Source of the DNA: Jimgerdemannia flammicorona
Lineage: Eukaryota
DNA length: 38,543 bases
NCBI GenBank assembly: GCA_003990765.1
Contig: RBNJ01000159.1
Location: 1 to 38,543 of the forward strand
Direction of reading: 5' to 3'
The position numbers and the translations under genes are program-made. Shown piece after piece: positions 12,930 to 24,703 of the stretch (within the stretch, counting starts at the first letter, position 1; each line of letters starts with the position of its first letter). Under the pieces are notes generated by a model. That model worked only from the letters and a program-made list of their open reading frames with translations. It was not told the origin of the DNA and made no database searches.

Positions 12930-13430
12930 AGTGGTCAGTGAGATTGGCAGCAGCAGCAGAGGGAGTATATAGTATTTGTGGCCCTTTGTCAGCAGTAAGG
13001 GACAGCTCCAAGCTATCAGTGGTCAGTGGGCAGTTTGGTGGGTGGGTGTGGGGTTGGTAGAGAGAGTGTACAAAATTTACAACCCTCTGCCAGCAGCAAA
13101 GGGCAGCCCCAAGCTGTAAGTGTCTGGGTTAGGGGGATTGGTGGAGGGGGGGTAGGCAGAGGGAGTGTGCAAAATTTGTAGCCCTCTGCTAGCAGCAAGA
13201 GGCAGCCCCAAGCTATCAGTATCTGGGTTAGTGGGTGGGGTCAGTTGGCGGGATTGGTGGGTGTGGGGTTGGTGGAGAGAGTATATAAAATTTGCAGCCC
13301 TCTGCTGGTAGCAAGGGGCAGCCCCAAGCCACAAGTGTCTGAGATAAGCAAGGTAGTAGAGGGAGCATGCAAAATTTGCAGCCCCTACTAGCAGCATAGG
13401 GGCAGCCCTAAGCTGCTAAGGAGTCCAGGG
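12930..13430 (+). repeat. GC-rich minisatellite inside the hAT (~5 units, core aaaatttgcagccctctgccagcagcaaggggcagccccaagc)
   Basis: The core end recurs at ~13003, 13104, 13202, 13318 and 13402, with G-rich linkers. About 7 units in copy 2. Confidence 0.85.
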
Positions 13431-13550
13431 CAGAGAGTGCTTCTGGCAGTCAAAGAGTACTTCTGGCAGTTAGAGGATGCTTCTGGTGGTCAGAGGGTAC
13501 TTCTGGTGATCAGAGAGTGTTTCTGGTGGTCAGAGAGTACTTCTGGTGGT
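13431..13550 (+). repeat. 20-bp tandem repeat x6 (cagagagtacttctggtggt)
   Basis: Six head-to-tail units visible; about five units in copy 2 at ~31124-31223. Confidence 0.9.
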
Positions 13551-13752
13551 CGAAGTCCACTACAGATTCAGGCTCCATCACCAGTTTAGGTCCCATGGCC
13601 AAGGGGCCAGTAGGGCTCTGTATAATAGCTAAGCTAGTGCTACAGAAGAGGTGCCCAGTACAACCCCCCACATAAGACTGCCCAACCCACACAAAATGAC
13701 TGCCTAACTCTTATGAAAGACTGCCTATCCCTTGTGAAAGATTGCCTAACCC

Positions 13753-15850
13753 TCACAAAAACTGCTCCACCTACTGGTCCCAGGCCTTAATAAGTCTATT
13801 ATCTATTGTGAGTGTGACAACTATTGTATCTGAGCTCTCCTTAAAGGTGATGGTGCTGTAGTGGTTATGTGGTTAGAAGAGGATGACTGTGTTGGCCACA
13901 AACAGGACTCTGAAACCATAGGTGAGGTCATACTAGACTCCTCTGCTATCCTCCCAGATTGGGCCCTTCCTTTCTGAGATATAAAACATTACTGGGGTAA
14001 TATTGTTATCTATATGTATGGGCAGAGAAATATTGTGCCTGACATATCCTGATGTAATATAAATATATGATTGGGTGAACCCTTGACCTAGGATCTCATA
14101 CTGTCAGGCTGCGCTGGTGAATACCTACTCTTGGTCCAGCCCTGGGAGCTCTGGCTTGGAAACCTGCCAAAATGGATGGTAACCAGTTAGTTCTTTTTAC
14201 ATACAGGGGAGCAGAAATCCCCTAGGCTGCAGAAACCTTCCAGGCTGTAGCACCCCAAAAAAGTGGAGCTCCTTACCTCATATGGCATGCTAAATTGCAT
14301 TAAGAATGTATATACAGCTACACCGAGATTACCACCAAGCTGGCCTGCTGTACACTCTACCAATCTGCTCAAAGAATCCCAGATCATAGCCACCATCACT
14401 GCACAGACCATATCATGCTTGCACATAGTTTGCTCTTCAACAGTACTTCTAAAGTTCTGGTAGGGATACAGAATCTTATGCATTTCTAGAATTGTATCAA
14501 AAAGAGTATATCAGTGAAGAGTGTAATTTATCTGGGGAGGAGAAAAAAAAAAGGGAGATGAGTGCAGGGGATTTCAGAACTCTGGAACCCACTCTTCACC
14601 AGTATTGCAGTATACCCAATTTCTGTCCAACCCCCCCCTCCTTGCTTTTTTTGCCCCCTCTTTTCTGCTACTCAGTATTTGACACAATCCTTGCAAATCT
14701 CATTGATGTGGCAGCAAAGCTCATCACTGTAGAGGTTTCTTACCATCACAATCACTTCTCTATATTTGTTAATAATGATATAGTTCTCTTTGTCATTGAT
14801 TACTCCTGCTGGCCAATGGACCCCTTGGTTGAGAATGATTGGCTCTGATTCGAATGTAGATCCCCAAGTCTTGATGACAATACTGGTACTGCTCACACTG
14901 AATATCTTATCCTTGAATTTCTCTATTTGATCAGATGCCAGATGTGGTTGAACTCAGATAACTTTGAACTCTTCTTTCTAATAGAACTGAGCCCTGATCT
15001 GAGGGACTGAGATAAGTATACAAATGAGTTGCATGCAGGTGGGTTGTATGTAGATAAGTTGTATGTAGATAGGTTGCATGTGGACAGATTACATGCAGAC
15101 ATAGGTGTTTTTTAGGGGGAGACCATGTAAAAAATGAAATTAAATAAAACACAGAGATGGATATTTTAGAAAAAGAGTATGAGTAAGTGAGTGAGTGAGC
15201 TGTATGCCAATGAGTTGTACACTAATAAGTTGCATGAGTTGTACAAGATTGCTTATGAAGGCTTGCTTCTGTTCCTTTTAAGATCTCTGCCATATGATAT
15301 ATTAACTTAACAGCTCAGTCACCAAAAGCATACCCCGCAACATCTGCCAGCCTTTCTTTATCTTGACCAGATGTTGTGAATAAAGTCAGTAGATCTTGCC
15401 ATAGAGCTGTAGACCCTAAGAAAAGTACAAGGTGAATTAGGTTATACTGGGGAAATTTAAATAAACATAAGTAAACATATAGCAGCCAAGTGAGCAACCT
15501 ACATCTACTATCAGCTGCTCCAAAAAGACTGCTATATATATAGCTATGAGGTCTGTAAATTCTAAGGTCCGAAGGGCCACCATAAGTTGTTGCTGAAATT
15601 CTCCCTCATCTCCACCATCACCACTGCCATTGTCACTGCCATTGCCATTACCACTACCATCACTACTGCCATTACCTCTTTGGCTCTCAATGAGTAGCTT
15701 GTGTGCTGCCTATATGAGAAAGAATCTAATATTATCAGTAGAGAGTGTGTTTCCACCTCAAATACTCTCTCTTTTGACAATTATTACAGAGTGAAAAATG
15801 AGTAGACTAGACTAACATACAAATTAAGGGCTGCTGTTTTGTTTGCTTAT
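13753..15850 (-). pseudogene. hAT cargo gene copy 1: putative TET/JBP-like 2OG-Fe(II) dioxygenase, spliced and degenerate
   Basis: The last exon (14163 down to ~13753) reads GYVRHNISLPIHIDNNITPVMFY...PIWEDSRGV*YDLTYGFRVLFVANTVILF*PHNHYSTI, with HxD at 14008-14016. Same frame and introns as copy 2. The 5' boundary is uncertain. Confidence 0.6.
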
Positions 15851-16024
15851 AATACAGTAGGAAAGAATAAAGAAAAAGAACAAAGAAAAGAGAGGAAACA
15901 AAAGAAAAGGGTAATATCACCAAAGTGTAGCAGGAAAAAAAAAACAAGAGCAAAATGAACAAAAGAAAGGGTGATGTTACTAAAGATTTCAATCTGGATG
16001 GATCATCTGAATAGACCAATCCAG

Positions 16025-17531
16025 TGTAATGGTGACTCCAGAATGATGACATCAGCATAGGAGACAGCCTTTCCTTATAAGCCACCAGATCAGAGCACAA
16101 GAAGATCATATAGTATACAAGATGAGCAATGATGACCAACTGTGAGTCATTGTGACCACAATACAAGCATCCTAAAGAATATAAAAGAAAGATCAAGGAA
16201 CTGCAGTAGTAGCAACCAATAAGAACCACTAATTCCAAAATAGCTCAAAGACTTACCACAAATGAAATGCCTGCTGCTTACCAAACCTCAAGGTCAAGGA
16301 ATCACCAAGGTATCTTAGTTGAGGAAAGAATATTCCAAGACATCAGAAGAGCCATGGGGACCTGCTCAAGAAGGACTCCTAGTGTCAACCTGGATACTAC
16401 AGACCCTTATCACTTCATTCTCTACCACCATAAAATGGAAACAAGGATCACCATTGCTACTGAATGTCTCCAAATGTAGCAGGAGTATGAAATAGAAAAC
16501 CTCCTCTACCAGGAGTTTCTATAGGCCAGCACCCAAGAGCTATAAGATGCCACTCCCATGGATATATATGAAACAAGGATAGCTAAGAAGATCCATCAGA
16601 TCTTCAGGCATGCACCATGGTCGATCTCCAACTTAGAGTATGTTAGAGTCTCAGACTTCAGAGACCTATCATCCTGCCATATCAATGCACTAGAAGCTAG
16701 GGTGGCTACAGAAGCCCAGTCCACTATCACTCTCAATAGTGAAGAAGTAGAAGACTTCTGGCATCCTATCCTTCAGGACAACCCAGACCAATTTCTGCAA
16801 GAATTGATCTCAGTATTCTAAGGCCCAAGCATCCAGGTTAGACCTCCCCAAGACCCCACATTTGTTCTCTATTTTGTGGAAGAGAACTTCATAGACTGGA
16901 GAGCTCCAGATCTCCTTGTTCCTGATTTCCCCACCACAGCCAAATGTGATGACATCATTGGTGATGACATCATCTCACATAACATATGCAAAATACACGA
17001 CCTATATGATGAGTTCGTGGATCTCATCTCCTTTAGTGGTGATGATGATGAGGATGAAGCTCTCATGATCCTGAACTTTCTACTCTAAGTTCTTTGTAAC
17101 ACTGGATAATACCAGCACTGACATTCTGAGGTGACGCAAAATTGTTCTAGCACTGGCATTTTGATGTGATACTAAATAATGCCAGCATCCTGAACCTGTA
17201 TAACCATCAGTACCAGCCCTGGAACTTAGTAGTTTTAGTTATTGGAATTTATATTTAGCTTTATATCTTAGCAACTATTGAATTATATTTTGTATAAATA
17301 CCCCTCTTATTTCCTCTGAAATAAAGTTAGTTCTATCTGGTTCACTTACATACTTCCTTGTAAGCAATCTAAGAGATAACAAGACAGTTAAAGATAAGAA
17401 GTTTGAGGACTATAAGACCTTGGGAAGGTACTCCAATAAGAACTTGCTTATAACAAACTTGAGTTAATCTAAGAGATATACCTTGAAGAGAATCTGGCAT
17501 ATTTGAAGGACTCAGTGACCATTATATGACA
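16025..17531 (+). repeat. 5' LTR (1507 bp, TG...CA)
   Basis: Starts tgtaatggtgactccag and ends cattatatgaca; matches 23198-24703. Confidence 0.93.
16267..17088 (+). pseudogene. Unknown ~273-codon ORF inside the LTR (other copies at 23440-24260 + and 36473-37295 -)
   Basis: ORF fragments starting at 16267, 16558 and 16876 share one frame. Each internal stop is a sense codon (TGG/CAA) in at least one other LTR copy. Confidence 0.7.
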
Positions 17532-17552
17532 ACTTGATGCCCATTGGCTGGT
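17532..17552 (+). promoter_or_regulatory. Possible degenerate primer-binding site
   Basis: actTGATGCCCATTGGCTGG lies immediately after the 5' LTR and would read TGGTGCCC... after one G>A reversion. The priming tRNA was not identified. Confidence 0.35.
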
Positions 17553-17651
17553 GATTCAAGATGAATTCCTCACTTTCAAGCTAAAAAATAAACAACCCCC
17601 ACAACAACTACCCTGACTACAAGAGTCACCCCTGCAAGAATTCAAGACAAG

Positions 17652-20600
17652 ATGGAAATGTGCCCTCCTACATTCTATGGATATACTACTAAAGAGTCAA
17701 TTCTGACCTTCATTGAAGACTTTGAACAATTTGCTACCATACAAGCCCTTGGTGTGGATGCTCAATTGGCCCTTCTACCAGTCAGCCTTAGAGGATCTGC
17801 CAGAGACAAGTTCAATACAGCCACCATTGCTGATGCTGGTGTAGCCAAACTTGCCAACATAAAGGTCTTCCTAGAACAACATATTATACTGAAGAGATCA
17901 AGCAAGCTCTCAAGGATCAACTCAATACTATCTGTCAGGGACTTAGTGAAGATCCCAACTTATTCTATACCCGAATTTGCCACCAGATTGTCTTGGCTGG
18001 CTATGATGACCACCTCAAGGAACAAATAGCAGATTCAACCTTCCTCAAAGGAGTTCACCCTGAAATTGCCCTAGCAATCTGGTCTACCCCAGCTATACTG
18101 ACCCTTAATCAGAAAGTGGTCTTTGTATAGAGATATTGGACTGCCAGACACCCTGCCAAACACTCAATAGAGAAAATAACTGGCATCAAGATGGAGCCAT
18201 CAAAGCTAACTAGTATCTTACCTGCCAGAGTCATAAACAGACAACCAACCCCACCTACCCCCAAGATAGCCAAAGCTGATCTAGTGAAAGAACTTTCCAA
18301 GCAGTTCACTGAGATGACTGCACACCTTAGTGATGTTGTTAGAGAGGTCTGAAGCACTAACAGGAGACCAGTGTAGAGATTTGCAGCTGCTACAGAAGAA
18401 TGCAATATTATATACTTCAGATATAGAGAAGAAGGCCACTATGCAAAGAGTTGTATGACCAAAACAAGACACAAAGCCCAACCAAGCAATACTAGCAGAA
18501 CCAGAGAACAAACCAATATAGTAGTCATTGAGAAGATCAGTGACACTGATGATGAAGAATACTATGAGGAGCTCGAATTCTACCCTGCTACTGAAGGTAC
18601 CAGAACCCGGTCCAAGCCCTATAACAAGAAGAGCAACAACAAGCCAGTTGGAAGACCAAAGAAGACTCCAGCTGTCACTATTCAAAGTAATACCCAACCC
18701 AAGGAGATTGATCAAGATATAGAGTTAGATGAAGCTGCCTGTCAAATTATTGAAGGCACTACTCTAGTCTCAGGAGAAAGTGAAAGTAAGAAGGAACAGA
18801 AGCTATGCAAGACCAAGATCCACTAGTATGACATCTACAAGGACCTCAAGGAACAGAAGGTTAATACCACTTTTGGATAGCTAGCTGAAGTCCCTGCCTT
18901 TAGACAGTAGTTGAGAGTAGGACTTGCAACTATCACCAAGAATCAAGAGTACAAGATTGTAGAAGCTCACAATACACAAGAAGAATCTGAGAACTCAGGT
19001 GAAGAATCCGAAGACCAGTGCAAGACATCAGCCTATACCCCCTATTAGATTGAAGACTGTATCTTTGATGCCATCATTGATACTGGTGCTGGAGGATGCC
19101 TCATAAGCAAGAAGACAATTGACCACCTAGGTTGAGATATTGAAGAGTCCACCAAGATAGTCTATATCACAGTAGATGGTATACGAGCTACCCCCCTTGG
19201 CAAAATCCGAGAAGTCCCCATTAAGATAGGAGGAGCTACCATTTTAGTAGATGTGATTGTTATAAGCGCCACTAACTATGATATCCTCATTGGCAACCAA
19301 TGGCTTCATAAGGCCAAGGCCATCATTGACCTCAATGCCCAGAAGATGCAGATCAACTATAGAGGGAGAAAGGTACAAGTTTCTATCAATATCCACAAAG
19401 GAGTCCTTCCAGACATGGAGGAAGGAGATGAAGAAGACACAGAGGTCTTCATGTACTTAGTAAACAAGAACAAGAACAAGACACCCAAGCTCACAGATGA
19501 GCAGTGGTACAACAAGATCATTGATGGCTATGCCCCTCAAGGAAGATACCCCCATGGTACTAGAATGTACTACTCCAAACACCTGAATAACTACTGGTCC
19601 TGTATCAGTGAAGTCAGGAAAATCCACCAACAGAAACATAAGCAAGAAGCTGCTGAAGTAAAAAGGAAAGCCAAAGAAGATGACCAGCCCCCAGAGCTTC
19701 AAGCTGACAGTGACGATGAGGAGGAATAAGAATCAGACATCACCCTCAAGGTTAAGAAGTTTCACCCCAAAGCCAAGATCCCAGAATACAAGACTGAAGG
19801 AGCCATAGGAATAGACCTTGCCAGCATTCAAGATGCTACTCTTGAACCACAGACCACCACCCTACTTGGCACTGGAATTGGAGTTAAGTTACCAGAAAAC
19901 CATGCTGAAATTATCAAGACCAGGAGCAGTCTGGCCAAAAGCAAAATCTCAGTTGAAGGAGGAGTAATTGACTCTGATTATACTGGTGAGATCTTCCTCA
20001 TAGTCAGAAATCACAACCACACCACCCCCTTCGAAATCAAGAAGCATGACAGGATTGGCCAGATGCTGATCCATGAAATCAAGAAGCCCAAGATCATAGA
20101 AGCCATTGAACTCATCAAGACCAAGAGAGGAGAACAAGACTTTAGATCTACTGGAAGAGGAGCCTATGCCACTACCAAGATTACTGAATTTGAGCATAAG
20201 AAAGATAAGGACCAGAACAAGCACACATATACCATTGGAGAAAACTTTCCCCTGGAGGAATAACTTCTCAAGATTCTGTATCAGAATGAAGGAGTACTTG
20301 CTACAGACTTTAGGGATATCCACAATCAAAAATCCAAGTACTACTACAAAGTTGATACCAGTGATATCAAGCCTATCTACCAGAAAGCCAGACCCATACC
20401 ACCTGCCTACAGAGAGTGGCTGTAAGCTGAACTCAAGGAAATAGAAGAAGCCAGAATCATCAAGCGAGCTATCAGCCCCTGGGTCTCATCCATTGTCCTA
20501 GCCCTGAAGAAAGGAAGCAAGCCTGGAGAGTTTGTGCCAAAACTCTGTATTGACTATAGGAAACTCAATGCCATCACCAAGAAGGATAGGCAGCCCTTGC

Positions 20601-22895
20601 CAAATATTCAAGAAATCCTTACCACCCTTGAAAGCAAAGCCAAATACTACACCACCTTGGATCTGTTCTCAGGCTTCTATCAGATCAGTCTCACTCAAGA
20701 TATCAGTGAGAAATCAGCCTTCATCATACCTGATACCACCTATATCTACCTGCAAATGCCATTTGGAATTGCAATACCCCAGTAAGTTTTCAGTGAATGA
20801 TGAACAGAGTCTTCAGCAATGAGATTGGAAAATGGTGATTATCTTCAGCAATACTGCATGGGAACATGTCAATCACATACAGCTAGCCCTCAAGAGGCTC
20901 AAGGAGCATGGCCTCTACATCAAGCTCAAGAAATGCAAGTTTGCAGCTTAAGAAATCACCTATCTAGGACACCCCATCAACCAGACTGGAATCTACACAG
21001 ACTCTATGAAGATTGAGGCTGTTGCAGCCTACCTAAGACCCAGAACAATCACAGAAGTCCACGCCTTCCTTGGACTGGCCAGCTACTACAGAAGATTCAT
21101 CAAAGGATACTCCAATATTGCAGCACCTATCTATGAGCTACTGAAGAAGGAGACCAAATTTGAATAGACCAAGGAGTGCCAAGAAATCTTCAATGAACTC
21201 AAGACTAGGTTGACCCAAGTACCCATCCTCAGAAGACCAGACTAGAACCTAGAATTCATCCTACAGACAGATGCAAGTGCTATAGGACTTGGAGCAGTCC
21301 TAGCTCAGAAGAAAGATGGACATATATGTTATCTCCTATGCAAGCTGAGGTACCTGCAGAGCAGAACAGAACTATGAGTCATGCAAGCTTGAATGCTTAG
21401 CAGTAGTCTGGGCAGTAGATAACTTCCACTACTACCTAGCCAGGAAACACTTCACCATTCAAACAGACCATTCTGCTCTTGTCTGACTATTCCACACTCT
21501 GAATCCCAAAGGAATATATGCCAGATGGATCTACAGGCTGTAAGAGTATGACTGTACTGTCAAGCACTGCTCAGGAAAGACCAATATCAATACCGATGCA
21601 CTCTCAAGGATACCCTGAAACACTCCCATCAAGACTATTCAACATGAATAAGGAGCTATACTATGGATTAATCAGCTACCTTGGGCAGTAGAAGATGCCC
21701 AACCACCTCGAACCCTGGACAATCACCATCATCAACTGGACTTGAAAACAGTTTGAATCAGACACCACTATACTCAGAAAAGGAGGAAAGCTAGTAATAC
21801 CTGAACACAAGAAGTATCAAGTAATGAAGGAAGTACACAAGTAAGGACACTTAGAAGGAACCAACATACATATACAACAAGGCAAGAAGAACCATGTGGT
21901 GGCCCAAGATGGAAGAAGACCTGTACCAATTTGTCAAAGGGTGTGACAAGTGCCAAAAATAGAAACAAGATCAGCAAGACCAGGCACCCAGGTCATCAAG
22001 AATTGAGTCTATCTCCTTCCACCACATTGTAATAGATATCATTAGACTACTATTAGTAATACTATCAGGAAACTGCTATATTATAGTTATTGTAGACCTC
22101 TTCACCAAATGGATAGAGACAGGAGTATTACAAGAAGCCAATGCCCTCTCTATAGCTGACTTCCTATACCGAGAAATTATCTGCTGCTACAAGACACCAA
22201 AGCAAATCACAACAGACTGTGGAACAGAATTTGTCAATGGATTCCATGAGATAATGTATCAGAAATACAAGATCCAGCACATCAAGACCACTGCATACCA
22301 CCCTCAAGGAAATGGACAGACAGAGAGAACCAACAAGACTCTCAAAAACATCCTAGTGAAGATCTCAGAGATATATGAGAATTGGGATAACTATCTCCCA
22401 ACCACCCTCTCTGTCCTATGAGACATATGATCACAGAGCACACATTTTACCCCAAGAGAGCTGCTCTTCAGAGAAGAAGATTCTGATGGAACCTCAGCCA
22501 CAAATCTAGATCTAACTTAGAGATAGGTTGATGCAGAAATCTGGAGACTACACTAAATCAGGAAGAAGGCTGAAGATTATATCACTAAGTCATAAGTACT
22601 GATAAAGAAGAATGTGGAAAAGAATCACAAGACCCTAGAACCCATCTGAATCGGAGAAAAGGTTCTACTGTATTGAAATATAGTAGAAGCCTCATGGTCA
22701 CAAAAACTGGAGCCCAAATGGGAAGGACCCTTCTACGTGTAAGATATCAAGAGAACTATCTTCTGGCTTAGAAAAATCTCAGGGACCATACTGCCTACCA
22801 TGGTACATAGGAACAGACTCAAGAAGTATCACAAACCTATACAAGAGAAGCAAAATGTAATGACTGCCCATGAGGTTCTAGTCTGTGAATCATAA
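17652..22895 (+). pseudogene. Gypsy gag-pol, degenerate
   Basis: Gag starts MEM.PPTFYG. Decayed CCHC knuckle YFRYREEGHYAKSC (~18412-18454). Protease AIIDTGA (~19070-19090). RT motifs SPWVSSIV, LCIDYRKLN, LDLFSGFYQI, MPFG, with the YxDD segment deleted near 20833. RNase H motifs LQTDASAIGLGAVL, LECLAVVWAV, TDH, DALSR. Integrase H..GH...CDKCQ, TTDCGTEF, YHPQGNGQTER, KWEGPF. No chromodomain seen. Confidence 0.95.
19739..20155 (+). pseudogene. Trimeric dUTPase domain within pol, between protease and RT
   Basis: All five motifs are present in a stop-free stretch: AIGIDL, RSSLA, GVIDSDYTGE, HDRIGQ, RGEQDFRSTG. Confidence 0.93.
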
Positions 22896-23187
22896 CAGCA
22901 TGTCCCATGACCAGTAGGCTATCTGTCTGGACTATTCTCTAAGGGATATAGCACTGGCAACTACTCATCTATGAGACTTTCGAAGTCAGAGAGGTTTGAA
23001 CCATCAACTGATTGGTCAAGATCAGAATCAGGCCCTTGCTCTATATGAAGAGAGCAACCCTTCACTATTATGCCAAAATACAAAGAGAAGATGCCAGCCC
23101 ATAAACACCACTTTTCGACCCCTTGCCAGAGGTTATGGGATCCAGGACTGGACCAATGAATAAGAATGCTCAGAAAGATCCTTATTC

Positions 23188-23197
23188 AGGAGGAAGA
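23188..23197 (+). promoter_or_regulatory. Polypurine tract
   Basis: AGGAGGAAGA abuts the TG of the 3' LTR; the same tract is at 37538-37547 on the - strand. Confidence 0.85.
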
Positions 23198-24703
23198 TGC
23201 AATGGTGACTCCAGAATGATGACATCAGCACAGGAGACAGCCTTTTCTTGCAAGCCACCAGATCGGAGCACAAGAAGATCATATAGCATATGAGATGAGT
23301 AATGATGACCAACTGTGAGTCATTGTGACCACAATATAAGCATCCTGAAGAATATAAAAGAAGGATCAAGAAACCACAGTAGCAGCAACCAACAAGAACC
23401 ACCAATCTCAAAATAGCTCAAAGACTTACCATAAATGAAATGCCTGCTGCCTGTCAAACCTCAAGGTCAAGAAATCACCAAGATATCTCAGTCAAGGAAA
23501 GGATGTTCCAAGACATCAGAAGAGCCATGGAGACTCACTCAAGAAGGACTCCTAGTGTCAACCTGGGTACTGCAGACCCTTATCACTTTATTCTCTACTA
23601 CTGTGAAATGGAACAAGGATCACTATTGCTACTGAATACCTCCAAATGTGGCAGGAGTACGAAATAGGATACCTCCTCTGCTGGGAGTTCCCACAGGCCA
23701 GCACCCAAGAGCTACAAGATGCCACTTCTATGGATATATGCAAAATAAGGATAGCTAAGAAGATCCATCAGATCTTCAGGCATACACTATGGTCAATCTC
23801 CAACTTGGAGTATGTTAGAGTCTCAGACTTCAGAGACCTGTCATCCCACCATATCAATACACTAGAAGCCAGGGTGGCTACAGAAGCCCAGTCCACTATC
23901 ACTCTCAACAGTGAAGAAGTAGAAGACTTCTGGCATTCTATCCTTCAGGACAACCCAGACCAATTCCTATAAGGATTGATCTCAGTATTCTAAGGCCCAA
24001 GCATCCAGGTTAGATCTCCCCAAGACCCCACATTTGTTCCCTATTTTGTGGAAGAGATCCTCATAGACTGGAGAGCTCCAGATCTCCTTGTTCCTAATTT
24101 CCCTGCCACAGCCGAATGTGATGATGTCATCAGTGATGATGTCATCCCATGCGACATATACGAAATGTGTAACCTACATGACGAGTTTGTGGATCTCATC
24201 TCCTTTAGTGATGATGATGATGAGGATGAAGCTCCCATGGTCCTGAACTTTCTGCTCTAAGTTCTTTATAATACTGAATAATGCCAGCACTGGTATTCTG
24301 AGGTGATGTGAAATTGTTCCAGCACCAGCATTTTGATATGACACTAAATAATGCCAGCATCCTGAATCTGTACAACCACCAGTACTAGCCCTGGAACTTA
24401 GTAGTTTTAGTTATTGGAATTTATATTTAGCTTTATATCTTAGCAACCATTGAATTATATTTTGTATAAATACCCCTCTTATTTCTTCTGAAATAAAGTC
24501 AGTTCTATCTAGTTCACTTACACACTTCCTTGCAAGCAATCTAAGAGATAACAAGACAGTTAAAGATAAGAAGTTTGAGGACTATAAGACCTTAGGAAGG
24601 CACTTCAATAAGAACTTACTTATAACAAACTTGAGTTAGTCTAAGAGATATATCTTGAAGAGAATCTGGTATATTTGAAGGACTTAGTGACCACTACATG
24701 ATA
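23198..24703 (+). repeat. 3' LTR (1506 bp)
   Basis: tgcaatggtgactccag ... ccactacatgata, with the terminal CA mutated to TA. Confidence 0.93.

Larger units (their letters stand above)
16025..24703 (+). mobile_element. Full-length Ty3/Gypsy LTR retrotransposon with dUTPase
   Basis: Direct LTRs of ~1.5 kb, a polypurine tract, and domain order gag-PR-dUTPase-RT-RH-IN. CCAG flanks both sides (16021-16024, 24704-24707), a probable 4-bp TSD. It is inserted in the hAT right subterminal array, which is uninterrupted in copy 2. Confidence 0.95.

Noticed and set aside
12930..13550. Conserved cores with variable linkers resembling a CRISPR array
   Set aside because: The linkers are related to each other, the 20-mers have no spacers, no cas genes are present, and the context is a eukaryotic transposon.
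15807..16238. Hydrophobic minus-strand ORF (also 23133-23411 and 37324-37593) suggesting a membrane/env protein
   Set aside because: It is antisense to A-rich LTR sequence, and its C-terminus differs with the flanking DNA because it crosses the LTR boundary.
22800..23190. Chromodomain or env gene after integrase
   Set aside because: No chromodomain aromatic-cage motif, signal peptide or transmembrane segment was recognised in any frame.
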